64,000 bases of DNA from Azolla caroliniana (GCA_043228905.1 JBHGNT010000012.1:11904001-11968000); one strand, 5' to 3'. Shown: positions 24,201-37,738, numbered from the stretch's first letter. Program-made: numbers and translations. The notes: generated by a model from the letters alone, not told the origin.

Positions 24201-26938
24201 TAACACTTATACCCCTTTTACTCATGCGAGTAACCAACCAGGATGCATTTCTCCGACTTCGCATTCAACTTCCTCCGCTTCTCATCTGGCACATGCACAT
24301 ATGCAATGCTACCGAATATCCGAAGGTGTCTCAAATTCGGCTTGCGCCCAAAATACAGCTCATGCGCGGACACCTTGTCACCGATCCGGTTTTGGATGTA
24401 GACGGCCATCAGAACTGCCTTGGGCCAGTAGAAATGGGGCAAGCCCTTCTCCTCTAGCATTGCGCTTGTCGCGTCGACAATCAACTTGTTCTTCCTCTCG
24501 GCCACACCATTTTGTTCCGGTGTGTACCTGCAACTGAATTCTCTCCGAATTCCGTTCTGTTGCAGATAACTGTTGAATTGGCCGGAAAATTATTCTTTTC
24601 CGCCATCCGACCGTAGGCACTTGATCTCCCTCTCAGTTTCCCATTCAACCAGGCTTTGCAGGTTCTGGAAACACTCGAATACTTCGCTCTTCCTCTCGAT
24701 GAGGTAGATCCACGTGTGCCGGCTGTAGTCGTCGATGAAGAAGACGAAATACCAACTCTCGCCAAGACTAACGTTTTGTGTTGGTCCCCATACATCCGAA
24801 TGAATAAGGTCGAGCTTGTTATGGTTATGGTTTCGTTTGGTGGGGAACAAAAGCCAGTTTTGCTTCCCGAGTTGGTAGGCTTCACAAATTTCGGCCTTCT
24901 GGCGGCTAAATTTCGGCAAACCGAAAATGACTTGTTTCAATTGCACGTCTTGAAGCCTCCGATAATTAACGTGGCCAATCCTCTTGTTCCAGAGATCGAT
25001 GTACGATTCAATCTTCTGTCCTTTGGCGAACAAAGCGGTGCCGACGTTATTGGTGTTGAGGATGAACATCCTCTCGTCTCTGCGCCCTTGCACAACAATT
25101 TGGCCCTCTTCCTCGATGAAGCACCCAAGGTTCGTAAACCGCACCTGCATCCCCTGGTCAACGATCTGACCGACTGACACTAGGTTCTTCGTGATAGTCG
25201 GAACGTGTAATACGTTCATCAGCTTCCCCCTCTGTCCGACGTGGCATAAAGGCACTTCTCCGACATGCACGATTGGGTGAGGAGTGTCGTCTCCGATTTC
25301 GATGACTCCCGGTTCTTCTGGTTTCCCCAAGAAGGAGAACCACTTTATGTGGCTCGTCATGTGATTCGACGCACTGAAATCAACGTACCACACTTCCTAC
25401 GATTTGGAAGTGGTCTTATTCATCGAGTTAGCCTTGTGTTTCATCACCAAGGCTGGCCTGGCCCTTTACCGGCTTTTCCGGTTTTGGGTCCTCCCGATCC
25501 TTCTGCGTAGTGCGAGTATTGCCGGTTCTCTCTGCCGGCCTTGCCAGATCCGGATCTGTCCGAATCGGTGCGTTTCTTCCAACACTCGCTTTCTCTATGT
25601 CCTTTTTTACCACAATACCAGCATTCCGTGTCGGCCTCCGGTGCCACCTTGACTCCCCTTGCTTGTGGAGGGTTCAGAACTGTTGTCGGCACGTTCTCTA
25701 TGCCTTCGGTCCTGCTCTTGCCGGCTGCTACCATTGTGAGCCGACCCACCTTGTCGACCATGCCCATGGGGCCGATCCACCTCCGTGTACAACATCTGGC
25801 TGTCGGTGGGTGCACTTGGTGACGCACCGGCGTGGTTCTCCTCTACAAGGAGCATCAATTGTAAGTCGAAAAATGACGACGTATTCTCCCTTGTACATAC
25901 TGTCGATCGAAGCGCTTTGAACTTAGATGCTAGGCCCCCAAAACAGATCTGCACCATCTCATCTTCCTCTACAGTGACGTTGATAGAAGCAAGTGAGTCA
26001 CAAATCTCTTTGATTCGGGCCGTGTAATCGGCTACTGACATGTCCTTTTGTCGGACATTGCTCAACTCCTATCGGAGTTGCAGCTTCCGGGCCATAGTGC
26101 TTGCCGCGAAAACCTTCTTCAGGTTTCCCCAAGCTTCTTTTGGCGTCTTAGCATCTCAGACATGGCTCAACAGCTAGTCTCCGACACTTGACGTAAAGCA
26201 GTATATCACTCTACTTGTCGCTTGTTCCCACAATGGGAAGTCCTTGTGTGCCGTAGCAGGTGCTGTGTCGTTAGCTCCGTCGACATAGCTCCAGTAACCA
26301 TGGCCAAGTAGGTATTGGTGCATCTTGTATGACCAAGATGCGTAGTTGGATCTGACGAGCTTCTCCACTGGGAGCGAGCTAGCCATTCCTCTGTCCATCA
26401 CTTCTCTTTCTGTTCTTACCGGGTCTTAGGGTTTGTCTTCAGATGCTGATGTCGGCTGTAGAGGTTCTCAACCCTAACGCTCTGATACCATGTAAACGAA
26501 GCCGCGGAAGCGTTAGACAACCGACTTAGACGAATAAAAACAAAGAGAGAGAGAGAGAGAGAGAGAGATTAACACACAGAGTGTATGCTGGAGAGACAGA
26601 GAATGAGTAGAACGTTAAAAATCTATTACAAAACAATAATGGTTCTCTGTACATACAACGTGCTCAACAACACTATTTATACAAGTCCTAAGAGGACTAA
26701 CAGAAGTACGGTGTACTTCAATGCTCACATGAGTGTCTGACACTAACTACGAGACATTAACTACCTGGTAATCTAGGCTACTACTAAACTTCCGGTTATT
26801 GTTGGATCCGGCTAACCGGCTCCCCAGCTCACCGTCTCGCTTGCTCACCGGCTCACCGATCAGGCTCATTCTTCCGGATGCCGATCCGGCTCAGGCTTAT
26901 TCAGCCGATTTAGATCCGGTTGAGCTTGCTACTCAACA
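21228..26938 (-). mobile_element. Element E: full-length decayed Copia
   Basis: LTRs 21228-21495 (internally deleted) and 26491-26938; PBS 26479-26490; TSD TTTTG/CTTTG; fragmented gag-PR-IN-RT-RH. Confidence 0.92.
21500..26401 (-). pseudogene. gag-pol: gag-pol of E plus C-terminal extension, with many stops and frameshifts
   Basis: ORF-track fragments carry CWYCGKKGHRESEC, IHSDVWG, YVDD, ADIFTK motifs. Confidence 0.9.
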
Positions 26939-27158
26939 CTTTGGTTTCGACAGGCCGTGCAATGCACGACGTGCTTGAATCCGGGCCATTCAACGATTGA
27001 GTGCACAATGAGGTCGCACTATCCAATTTGTCACACAATGATCTCATGTGGAGTGACGACCGGTTCTGCGAACCGGCTTGCTTTCAGGATAACAATCGAC
27101 GCCGATACGAGGAACGCTTTCGACTAGTGGAGGATGTATATAGCGTGAGCACTACAAT

Positions 27159-27254
27159 TGTATGCCTTATCTCCTCTCTACCCTAGGCTCTCTAGCATAC
27201 TTATGGCGCCTAGGTATGCCAGATGGCCTAGGGTAGAGAGGAGATAAGGCAACA
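27159..27254. mobile_element. ~95-bp palindromic MITE-like insertion in gag of K
   Basis: Arms TGCCTTATCTCCTCTCTACCCTAGGC / GCCTAGGGTAGAGAGGAGATAAGGCA; flanked by duplicated AT (or ACAAT). Confidence 0.6.
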
Positions 27255-29087
27255 ATGCGAATAATGGTCGATTCACGAATAACCAGAATTACGACAATAA
27301 CTAGCACTAACAAGACCATCGACACACGGAGGACAATCGACCTGGCAATCAACGGTTTCAGCCAAATGGGGATCAAAGAGACGAGTGACATCCTCGATTG
27401 CCACACCATTATAATCCTTGTCCATGGGACAAACCTACCCAGCAAAACCTGCCACCCCAAACAAAACGAAGGGAATCAAGTCAGATGACACCCATCATAT
27501 GTTACAATTGTCACAAACCAGGGTAATACGCAATCAATACCGAGAAAATGATCTAGGGAAGCCCCCAACCATCAATACGATCATGGTGGAGGTTTAGCAA
27601 GTCACCACCCATATCAAAACAAACCAATCTGATTGGGAAGTTCAGGACGAGATCCGTAAAGTGGCAAAGGTATGGATAGAGAATACCAATAGCGCTAATG
27701 TGGAACGCATGTAGAATGAGATGCTGAATATCAAACTTGGCAACACAACGTGCCGAAACAACTTGGAATAGTCGACAAATCACTCAGGGACGATCCGATC
27801 TGGCAAGCCTTGGCCAACTGCCAAATTTCGATGCCACTCAACCAATTGCTGAATCGTGTTCCCTGATTCAAAGAAATTGTAGCGGCAATGGCTTGTGAAA
27901 AGAACGGTCAAGCGTGCCGATTCATCTTGTTGAATTGAGCGATGGACCAACAGTGATGGATGCACAGAGCCCAACCATAAAGCTCTAAGTCAAAGAATAG
28001 GAAATCTGAGATTGTATAATCCATGGTGGCTCGGGAAGTACATCTGACCAACTCGGGATTACTCAATGGGAAGCCTCCCATTCTAACTAAGGATAGCAGA
28101 CACCCTATTATGTACACATAACGTAGGTGAGGGTAGGTCACTAATATTTACATAAGTGAAGGGTATATTCACTAATGTTAAAAAGGGGACTAATGTGATT
28201 AGATAGGAGTGATAGGTGCATGCACTATCATGATTTGGACAACCAATGAATGGAGAGCCTTTTAAAAAGGCACATCTATTCAAGGAGCCTGGGAAGAGGT
28301 ATAAATATGAGGCTTAGCTACCCTCATAAGCACATCATGTTAGAAGGTTGTTGTCTTAGACGCCGGTGGTGCGGGCTAGGCCTTCGTCTCAACGACCATG
28401 TTTATCTCTTCCAAGGTATTAGTCATCCTAATATCTGGTTGTATGGGAGGTCGGTGGTAGGTTGGCTATGTCTAGATCATAGCTCTGGGGTGGTCGGGTG
28501 GAATGTGTTCTTCTATCCAATCTATTTTCTTTATTTTTACTTTATTTTGGTCTATTGATTAGTAATAGACTCTTAACAGTGGTATTAGAGCATTTACTAA
28601 CAACTTTTTTTTGTTGTTTTGATGTTTTTGCGTGTGAGCGATGGGGATCTAACAAGGCTTGTCATGCTCTTCACAGGATCAAAACAACATTCTTAACCCG
28701 GTATTCTTCTTTCTCAATCTCTCTCTCCTTTCTATGATGCATTCTTCTTGGTCGAATCAAATTTGTATTACGTTTTCTTTTCTTTCTTTCTTCGTTCTAC
28801 CATGCTATGATTTTAATTATTATTGTGCATTGGGCCGAGCGTGTTTGCACTAATCGCACACGCTCAACCCAAGGCTCTTTTGCATATTGTGATGTATCTC
28901 CCACTCTCCCCTCTCTTGAGCCATCTCTGTCACAAACACAGCAAGTGCGGACTAGGACGAAACACAGATGATGAGAATAAGAGCGACGGATGAACTTGGA
29001 GCTAGATGTGACAAGGCTAGGAACTCTAGACGTTGTGAGCGACATGAGGGCATGAAGGTAGAAATAAAGATCAAGGAGACGAAGATG

Positions 29088-29127
29088 TGTAAACGTAAGT
29101 GTTTCCGGAAGCGTAAAACAGAGAACA

Positions 29128-29175
<48 letters not shown>

Positions 29176-32100
29176 AGAGAGCAGAACACAATTTCAAAAT
29201 TATATCAAGACTCTGTGTTTACACACTGTGCTAAGTAGCACTATTTATACAAGTCCTCTTGGGACTGACAGAAGTACCATGTACTTCAATGCTCACACGA
29301 GCATCTGACACTTACTACGAGACTATAGATACCTAACAGTCTATCCTATTCTAGGCTTCCGATTGGACTGCCGGTTACGGATTCCACCCGGCCTCCACTG
29401 CTTGCCGGTTCGGTTGCTCACCGTCATACCGATCCGTTTCGCCCGATCCGTCTCGCTTACCGGCTCCGGTTGAGCTTGCCGCTCAACACTCCCCCTCAAG
29501 CTCAACCTGAGGTGGGGTCGTAGTGTCGACCTCTGTGGCAGTCGGTTCTTTCAACCAACTTCTCCTGGCATCACTCCGCCTTGCTCGCACTCCTCGTCCG
29601 GTTCGGTCCCGTTTGCCGCGACCCCTTTGGTTCTGTACGCCTCGACCCTCTCGGTCGGCATGTATGCTCAATAGGCCCATCTCAACACTCACGTTGTTGT
29701 GACTCCGGCGCTTGCCGATCCGTTGGTTTTCCCACGATGGCATCGACTTCCGCTGTGTCCGTGTCCCCTTGGCCTTCAATCGATCCGACTCATCCGGGTC
29801 CATCTGTTGATCCGAGTCAGCTGTCTCCGACTCGTTCCAGCTCTTGTCCGAATCGGTACACTCCGATTCGACTTCCGGCTTCAGGCCTCTCACCACATCG
29901 GACCACTTCTGAGTCTTGGCCTTCTCCATGCTTCCCTCGGCTTCTTCAGCCGGTGAACCGAAATCGAATTCCTCATTCGACTCCGCATCATGCAGCATGC
30001 ACTTCTCTTCCTGAGTGCACAACTCTTCTTCACAGCCACTTGCTCCGACTTGTTCGGATGTGCCGACTTCCTTCGTCGACCCGGCTTCCTTCATCTTCTT
30101 GTCTCCTCTTCTTCTGGCTCTCCTCTTACCGACGGGTTCAACAGGTTTTTTTGTCTTTGCCAGTTTCGGTAGAGACTTTGCCCTTGCTTCTCCCCCTCAA
30201 GTGCGGCACGTCGAGATGCTGAATACCAAGCATGTCAGTAAAGTGCTGCAACTTGTCCGATCTGAGCGGCTTGGTGAAGATGTCTGCAACTTGCCGATCC
30301 GTATGAACATACCGTAGGTCAACTTCACCGCTCAGGACCTGCTCACGCACGAAGTGGTAGTGCACCTTGATGTGCTTTGTGCGAGCATGGAACACAGGGT
30401 TCCTGGCGAGCTGCAGGCTGCTCATGTTATCGCAGTAAATCGGGATCGGGGTCGGTACCTCGATCCGCAAGTCTCGCAGCAGTCGCCGAAGCCAGATAGC
30501 TTCACAAGTGGCTACGGTGGCGGCCCAGTACTCAGCCTCAGTGCTTGACAAAGCCACTGTGGGTTGCTTCTTACTACTCCACGCAACGGTCGCGCTACCT
30601 ATGGAGAACATGTATCCGGAAGTGGAGCGGCGATCAGACGCATCACCGGCCCAGTCAGCATCTGTGTAACCGACAAGCTCTTCGGGTATACCTCGCCGGA
30701 ATAGCAGACCCTGGTCCTTAGTGCCGCTGACATACCGTAATATTCGTTGCACGCATTGAAGGTGCTCCACGGTCGGCTTCCGCATGAACTGACTTACCAT
30801 GCCGACCGGATAGCTGATGTCGGGTCGGGTGATGGTTAAGTAGATCAGGCTTCCGACAACTTGTCGGAACCGTTTCTCATTGCAGGCCGGTCCGGAGTTG
30901 GGACGGAGCTTCTGCTTCCGGTCTAGGGGTGTGGAGAAGGGTCGGCAATCCGTCATGCCGAACTTATACAACATATTCAACACGTAATGTCGTTGTGAGA
31001 GCAATATGCCGTCGGGGGTCCGGATCACTTCGATCCCAAGAAAATAATGAAGGTCCCCTAGGTCCTTCATTTCGAATGCGTCCGACAACTGGGACTTGAC
31101 GCGGTTGATTTCGGGAAGACCTGGTCCGGTGATGACTAAATCATCCACATACAAGAGTATACATACCGGACCGTCAGAGCCTTGCCGGATGAATAACGAA
31201 GAGTCCGACTTAGAGACAGCAAACCCCAGCTTACGCAATCGGTGCGTGATCTTCGTGTTCCAAGCTCGGGGGGCTTGCTTCAAGCCGTAAAGCTACTTCT
31301 TCAGTCGGCATACCGCCGACTTGTTCATCTCCGAGTGAAATCCGGGGGGTTGAGTCATAAAGACTTCTTCTTCAAGCTCTCCTTGAAGGAAGGCGTTCTT
31401 CACATCCATCTGGTGAAGATGCCACCCCCTTGCCGCAGCAACCGCCAGTACCACACGAACCGTCCTCATCCTCGCCACAGGAGCGAAGGTCTCATCGTAG
31501 TCGATTCTGTGGGTCTGCGCGTATCCCTTCGCCACTTACCGGGCTTTGTACCGGTTAACAGAACCGTCGGCGTTGTACTTGACCTTGTACACCCACTTGC
31601 ATCCGATCGGTTTACAGTGACGGGGAGGATCAACAAGGTCCCAAGTTTCGTTGGCATCGAGTGCCCGCATTTCTTCGTCCATAGCGGCACGCCAATTCGC
31701 GTCCTTTGCCGCTTCTGCGTAGCTCTCCGGCTCACGCACTTCTGTCACCTTAGTCATGTACGCATAATGATGCGCCATGTATTCATTGTACCCGTACCGC
31801 ACGACGGGATCCTTCTGACGGGTTGATCGACGCAACGCACCGTCACCTGATTTGAGGCCCTTCTTGGCCAGTTCGGTCTTCGTTGCCGAAGATCCGCCTT
31901 TCTCCTTTCCGGAGTCGGATACGCACCGATCCGACTCATCGTTGCCGGTTTCGAATTCCGGCATCTTCCTCTTCCCCTTCTCTTTGCGCGTGAACCGTTT
32001 CCTCGGTTCCTTGCGCGGGGAGAGCACAACAGAGTCTCCACCACTTGCTGTCTCTTCATCCGACTGGTCCAACCGACTCAGTCGCTCGTTCGGTCCACTC

Positions 32101-34636
32101 AACCGTAACAATTCCGGACTCTCATCTTGAGTCCCGGCTTCATCATCCTCTGCCAGGGCTGATTCAGGCTCACTGGCCTGATCTTCCGGCATTGGGTTGG
32201 GATCGGATGTCGGAGTCGGTATGGAGTACCAGGATGCCGATTCGTCGAACTCGACATCCCGGCTAACTCGGACTTCCTTCGTCCGGGGGTTATAGCACTT
32301 ATACCCCTTTTGCTCTTCAGCATAGCCGACTAGGATGCATTTTTCCGATTTTGCATCCAGCTTTCTCCGCTTCTGATCCGGCACATGCACATACGCTATG
32401 CTGCCGAATATCCGAAGGTGTCTCAAGTTCGGCTTGCGCCCGAAATACAGCTCATGAGCTGACACCTTGTCACCAATGCGGTTTTGTATGTAGACGGCCC
32501 TCTGGACCGCCTCCGCCCAGTAGAACCGGGGCATGCTCTTTTCCTCCAGCATTGCCCTTGCCGCTTCGACGAGTGTCTGGTTCTTCCTTTCGGCCACACC
32601 GTTTTGCTCCGGTGTGTATCTGCAGCTGAACTCTCGCCGAAATCCCTTCTGTTGCAGATAACTAGTGAATTGGCCAGAAAAATATTCCTTTCCGCCATCC
32701 GATCGAAGGCATTTGATCTTCCTCTCCGATTCCCGTTCCACCATCTTCTGGAGGCTCCGGAAACAGTCGAAGACTTCGCTCTTCTGTTCAATGAGGTAGA
32801 TCCAAGTATGTCGAGTATGGTCGTCGATGAAGGAGACGAAGTATCTGCTCCCGCCAAGGCTTACACTTTGTGCCGGTCCCCACACATCCGAATGGATGAG
32901 ATTGAGCTTGTTACAGCTCCAGTTCCGTTCGGTGGGGAATGGAAGCCGGTGTTGCTTCCCAAGTTGGCAGGCTTCACAAATTTCGGCTCTCCGGCCGCTG
33001 AACTTCGGCAAACCGAAAACGACTTGTTTCGTTTGCAGGTCTTGAAGCCTCCGGTAGTTGATGTGGCCTATCCGCTTGTGCCACAGGTCGATGTCCGACT
33101 CGACCTTCTGTCGTTCCGCGAACAGAGCGGTGCCTAAGTCATTGGTGTTGAGGATAAACATCCTCCCGTCTCTGCGCCCTTGCGCAATGACTTCGCCCCC
33201 ATCCTCAATGAAGCACCCGAGGTGTGTAAACCGTACCTGCATCCCCTGGTCGACAATCTGACCGACGGACACCAGGTTCTTCGTGATTGTCGGAACGTGT
33301 AATACGTTCATCAGCTTCCCTTTCTGTCCGACGTGGCTTAGAGGGACTTCTCCGAAGTGCACGATTGGGTGAGGAGTGTCGTCTCCGGTTTCGACTACTC
33401 CTGGTTGATCCGGTTTCTCCAGAAAGGAGAACCACTCTTTGTGGCTCGTCATGTGGTTCGATGCGCCGGAATCAACATACCACACTTCCTCCGTTTTGGA
33501 AGTGGTCTTCTTCATTAAGTTTGCCTTGTGATTCATCACCAAGGCTGGCCCCTTACCGGCCTTTCCGGTTCCGGATCCTCCTGATCCGTTTGCGTAGTGC
33601 GAGTTTTGCCGGCCATCCTTACCAGTCTTGCCGGATCCGGATTTGTCCGAATCAGCACGCTTTCTCCAACACTCACTTTCCTTGTGGCCTTTTTTGCCAC
33701 AGTACCAGCATTTTGTAGCAGATTTGTCTTGCCGGCCTCCGGCACCGCCTTGACTCCCTCGGCTTGTGGAAGTCCCGGAACTGCTGTCGGCACGCTCATA
33801 GTGCCTCCGTTCCTGCTCTTGCCGGCCGGCCGCCTCCATTGCGTGCCAACCCACCTCTTCCATCACGCCCACGGAACCGACCCGTTCCCGTGTACAGCAT
33901 TCGGTTGTCCGGGGATGCACTGGTATATGCACCGGCGTGGTTCTCCTCTATAAGAAGCATCGACTGTAAGTCGAAGAATGAGGGGGTATTCTCCCTTGTA
34001 CACACCGCAGTCCGGAACGCTCTGAACATGGACGCCAGGCCTCCGAGACATACCTGCACCATCTCATCTTCCTCTACGGTAACATTGAGAGAGGCGAGCG
34101 AGTCGCAGATCTCCTTTATCCGACCCATATAGTCTGCCACGGACATATTCTTCTGTCGAACATTGCTCAACTCATGTCTGAGTTGCAGCTTCCGGGCAGT
34201 GGTGCTTGCGGCGAAAACCTTTTTCAGGTTCCCCCAAGCATCCTTCGGTGTCTTGGCGTCACGGATGTGGCTGAGCAGCTGATCATCGACACTGGACGCG
34301 AAGCAGTACATCACCCTGCTTGCCGCCTGTTCCCATACCGGGAAGTCCTTGTGTGCCGAGTCTGGCGCCGCATCATTCGCTCCTTCGACATAACTCCAGT
34401 ACCCGTGTCCAAGAAGGTACTGGTGCATATTGTAAGACCAAGATGCGTAGTTGCTCCTGTCAAGCTTCTCCACCGGGAGCGACGTAGCCATGCCTCTATC
34501 CATGTCTTCTATTGTGTCTGTTTTCGACCTGTTAGGGTTTTCTTCTCAAGAGTAAATGTCTGCAGCAGAGGTTCTCAACCCTCGCGCTCTGATACCATGT
34601 AAATGTAAGTGTTTGCGGAAGCGTAAAACAGAGAAC

Positions 34637-34680
<44 letters not shown>

Positions 34681-35024
34681 GAGACAGAGAGAGCAGAATA
34701 CAATTTCAAAATTATATCAAGACTCTGTGTTTACACATTGTGCTAAGTAGCACTATTTATACAAGTCCTCTTGGGACTGACAGAAGTACCATGTACTTCA
34801 ATGCTCACACGAGCATCTGACACTTACTACGAGACTACAGATACCTAGCAGTCTATCCTATTCTAGGCTTCCGATTGGACTGCCGGTTACGGATTGCACC
34901 CGGCCTCCACTGCTTGCCGGTTCGGTTGCTCACCGTCATACCGATCCGTTTCGCCCGATCCGTCTCGCTTACCGGCTCCGGCTTATTCAACCGATCCGGC
35001 TCCGGTTGAGCTTGCCGCTCAACA
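29088..35024 (-). mobile_element. Element G: near-intact Copia, same group as E
   Basis: LTRs 29088-29488 and 34598-35024; TSD AGATG at 29083-29087 and 35025-35029; PBS 34586-34597; PPT 29489-29500. Confidence 0.96.
29483..34503 (-). pseudogene. gag-pol: gag-pol of G with C-terminal extension; a few stops and frameshifts
   Basis: ORFs 33796-34503, 31536-33932, 31293-31535, 30138-31283 and 29483-30094. Confidence 0.93.
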
Positions 35025-35300
35025 AGATGGAATGGAACAAGAATACTAGATTGATGTGTTAATGACTGGTGTTAAATCCCTTGAAAGGAACCAAGGAGGT
35101 TACCATTATTTATACAAGTTCTAAGATTGAATATCTCTAGAATATACCTAAGAAATATCTCTTGAATATACCCAACAAATATCTCTAGAATATACCCGTC
35201 TAGAATACACCATAGAATATTTCTATCTAATATACTAAAGGCTCTAGAATATTCTGGAATATACTATATGTTCGAATAAAAAACTTTTATACACAAGTAC

Positions 35301-35370
35301 ATGCTCATATCGAAATGGTTAGGCATGATGTCTTATAGATGTGAGGTTGTAGGTTCAATCCTCACTAACT
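35301..35370 (+). promoter_or_regulatory. Degenerate tRNA-like A-box/B-box module in the H LTR
   Basis: TATCGAAATGG at 35308; GGTTCAATCCT at 35352; TCTTATAG at the anticodon-loop position. Confidence 0.6.
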
Positions 35371-36212
35371 ACTGTTGCTTGGTGGCGCGGCCTAAGGACC
35401 GCACAGAACTTACCCACAACTAGGGAAGGTTTCGTCAATGTTTTTCAGAAACAATTCTTGTAGCCACCTTCTCAAACCAAACAAGCGCAAAACTTGCTCA
35501 CATTATCGAGCAAGCCATTTACCTCTCTCGAGGATTATGTGCATCATGCTCGGACCCAGATACAAAAATCGGGACTTACGGGTGAGAAATGGTTTGTCGC
35601 TTGATTTTTTTAATGGTATTCCGAATGGGGATTGCCATTCGATTGTCCATTCAAGGACCCCACAACTTTTGAGGAAGCCGTCAACATTGTACTTTGGTAC
35701 CATAGGACTTCCAAGAAAGGCGACAATAAACCTGAGTTCGCCAATACTCTGAATGTCAAGTTCATTGGGAAACGTAAGCAATTTAGTGAAACTTATGACT
35801 GCGACTCAAAGAAACCGAATCTCTTCTGTGCATATTGCAAGAAATAGGGCCACACAAAGGATACTTGTCGTCATCTTGAGAGGAAGTCAATGAACACCCC
35901 TCCACAAGAAAAATCTACGAGTCACACATGTGAGTATTTTGAGGTTATTGAAGTTCATACCAACCACTTAAGTTCATGTGAATGCACTTTTCCTTCCAAT
36001 TTACTTGGACTTAATAATGTACTCCGAGCAATCGGGTATATCAATTTTACACAAGTGTCATGAACACATGACCATTATGGCATCACTCGGACTTGCACCT
36101 CGAACCTTGTAATCCATAATTGAAAACCTCAATCATTAAGATAGCGTATTGTCATATGAGAGGATAAAAGCTACTTTTTGTATTGCATTGATTATTGTAA
36201 AAACTCTAGATC

Positions 36213-36262
36213 ATTCTAGAATGTTCTAGAATGTCCTAGAACATTCTAGAACATTATAGAAA
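36213..36262. promoter_or_regulatory. Heat-shock element array in the I LTR (also ~38205-38275 and ~44183-44240)
   Basis: About ten contiguous alternating nTTCn/nGAAn units just upstream of TATAAATA at 36287. Confidence 0.8.
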
Positions 36263-36494
36263 TCTCTAAGCTATTCTAGAGGAACTTATAAATAAGGGCA
36301 TGCATGTATTCTCAAATCAATTCGAATCAACACCTGTCTTTAGCTCTCATTACATATCTTGTTCCATTCTCTTTCTTTCTCTATCTTAATACACCCATTC
36401 TTCTCTTAGAATTTCATTCCTTTCTTCTCGTGTTCTCTTATATCCTTCTTCCATCACTCTATCTTTTATTCTTGGTTCTGACAATTTCGTTCGA

Positions 36495-36499
<5 letters not shown>

Positions 36500-36548
<49 letters not shown>
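36500..36548 (+). repeat. (CT)n microsatellite in the leader of I
   Basis: Seen directly. Confidence 0.95.
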
Positions 36549-36551
<3 letters not shown>

Positions 36552-36576
36552 CTCCTCTGTAATCGTCACAAAACCA

Positions 36577-37738
36577 TGGCTGCCATTAACTCAGAAGAAT
36601 ATCTCACCCTTGTTGCAGAAATGGAGAATCTTAGATCCAAGTTCGCATCTCTTGAAGTAGAGAATCAACGTCTACTTGGGGATTACAAAAGGTTACTATA
36701 GAGAAGTAGCAACAACGAGAGGAGTTCACGCGACGGGTTCAACGGTTAGAGTCGACAATCGTAGTGTTACAACAACAATGGGTCGAAGGTCAAGGACTTA
36801 TCAAGGTGCCCAAAATCAGCCTCCTAGCTAAATTTGATGGTTCGAGGGTGCATTTTCGAGGTTTCTTGAATCAAGTACGGTTGGTGATTCAAATGCATCC
36901 CGCACGTTATCCAACAGATGCATCACGAGTCGGGCTAGTGGGCACTTTATTGACTGGCATAGCGTTGTCGTGGTTTGCTCCATTGCTAGAGATCAATTCT
37001 CCTCTACTGAATAATTTCGAGGAATTTAACAAGGAATTTAAGGCTTGTTTCGGAGATACTGATGGGGCGAGAACAGCTATCAACAAGATTCGTACACTTC
37101 GTCAAGGTGATCAACCAGCTTCAACATATGCTGCCAATTTCCGTCTCATCGCAAGCGATATTCCTTGGGATGAACAAGCCCTAATGGAGCAATTCCGTTC
37201 AGGCCTTCGTAGTGATGTCAAAGACTTACTTCTTACCTTCCCCGAGGATCCAAGGTCACTTACAGAAGCTATTAGTCGAGCAATACGGTGTGATAATCGC
37301 CTTTTTGAGCGTCGATGTGAGCGACAACAACAAATAACAAGATCTAGATTCACACCAACTTATGCATCAGTAACAGCGCAATCATCCCCAAGGCAAATGT
37401 ATAGCCCTGCTCCAACTCCAAGGCAAACACGTAGTCCAGTCCCAATGGATAGTCCTACACCCATGGAGATCGATATGACTCAACGACGAGGACCGTTGTT
37501 AGACGAAGAGAAGCAACGTCGTCGAGCAAACCATCTGTGCTTATATTGTGGAGGTCCAGGACATATAGCCATTCATTGCTCCCGTAGGCCGAGACGTCAG
37601 GTAAATCAAATTCACTATGACAATAAAAATGAGTCCAACATTTTAGAAGTAGTTAGTGAATCTAATATTATGAATAATCCACCCTTGTCCAATAAGTTTG
37701 AAGTCCTAAGCCAATTAGAAGAGGAGTCAAACGAATAA
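36577..37738 (+). pseudogene. gag: gag of I (capsid and CCHC knuckle); 5' part frameshifted
   Basis: KFDGSRVHFRGFLNQV, PMEID, CLYCGGPGHIAIHC motifs. Confidence 0.9.

Larger units (their letters stand above)
28928..35370 (-). repeat. Element H: truncated LTR remnant (28928-29087 plus 35025-35370), split by G
   Basis: TGTCA terminus; minus-strand TATA near 35110; TCTAGAATAT repeats; tRNA-like module; right end fused to gag of F. Confidence 0.6.

Noticed and set aside
29132-29180. (GA)n tracts in Copia LTRs as a special signal
   Set aside because: CT-rich leaders are common in plant LTRs; nothing here goes beyond possible GAGA-factor sites.
36764-37738. Domesticated PEG10/RTL-like host gene
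   Set aside because: Lies between an LTR and pol of element I and has a frameshifted 5' part; it is an ordinary Tf1/sushi-type gag.
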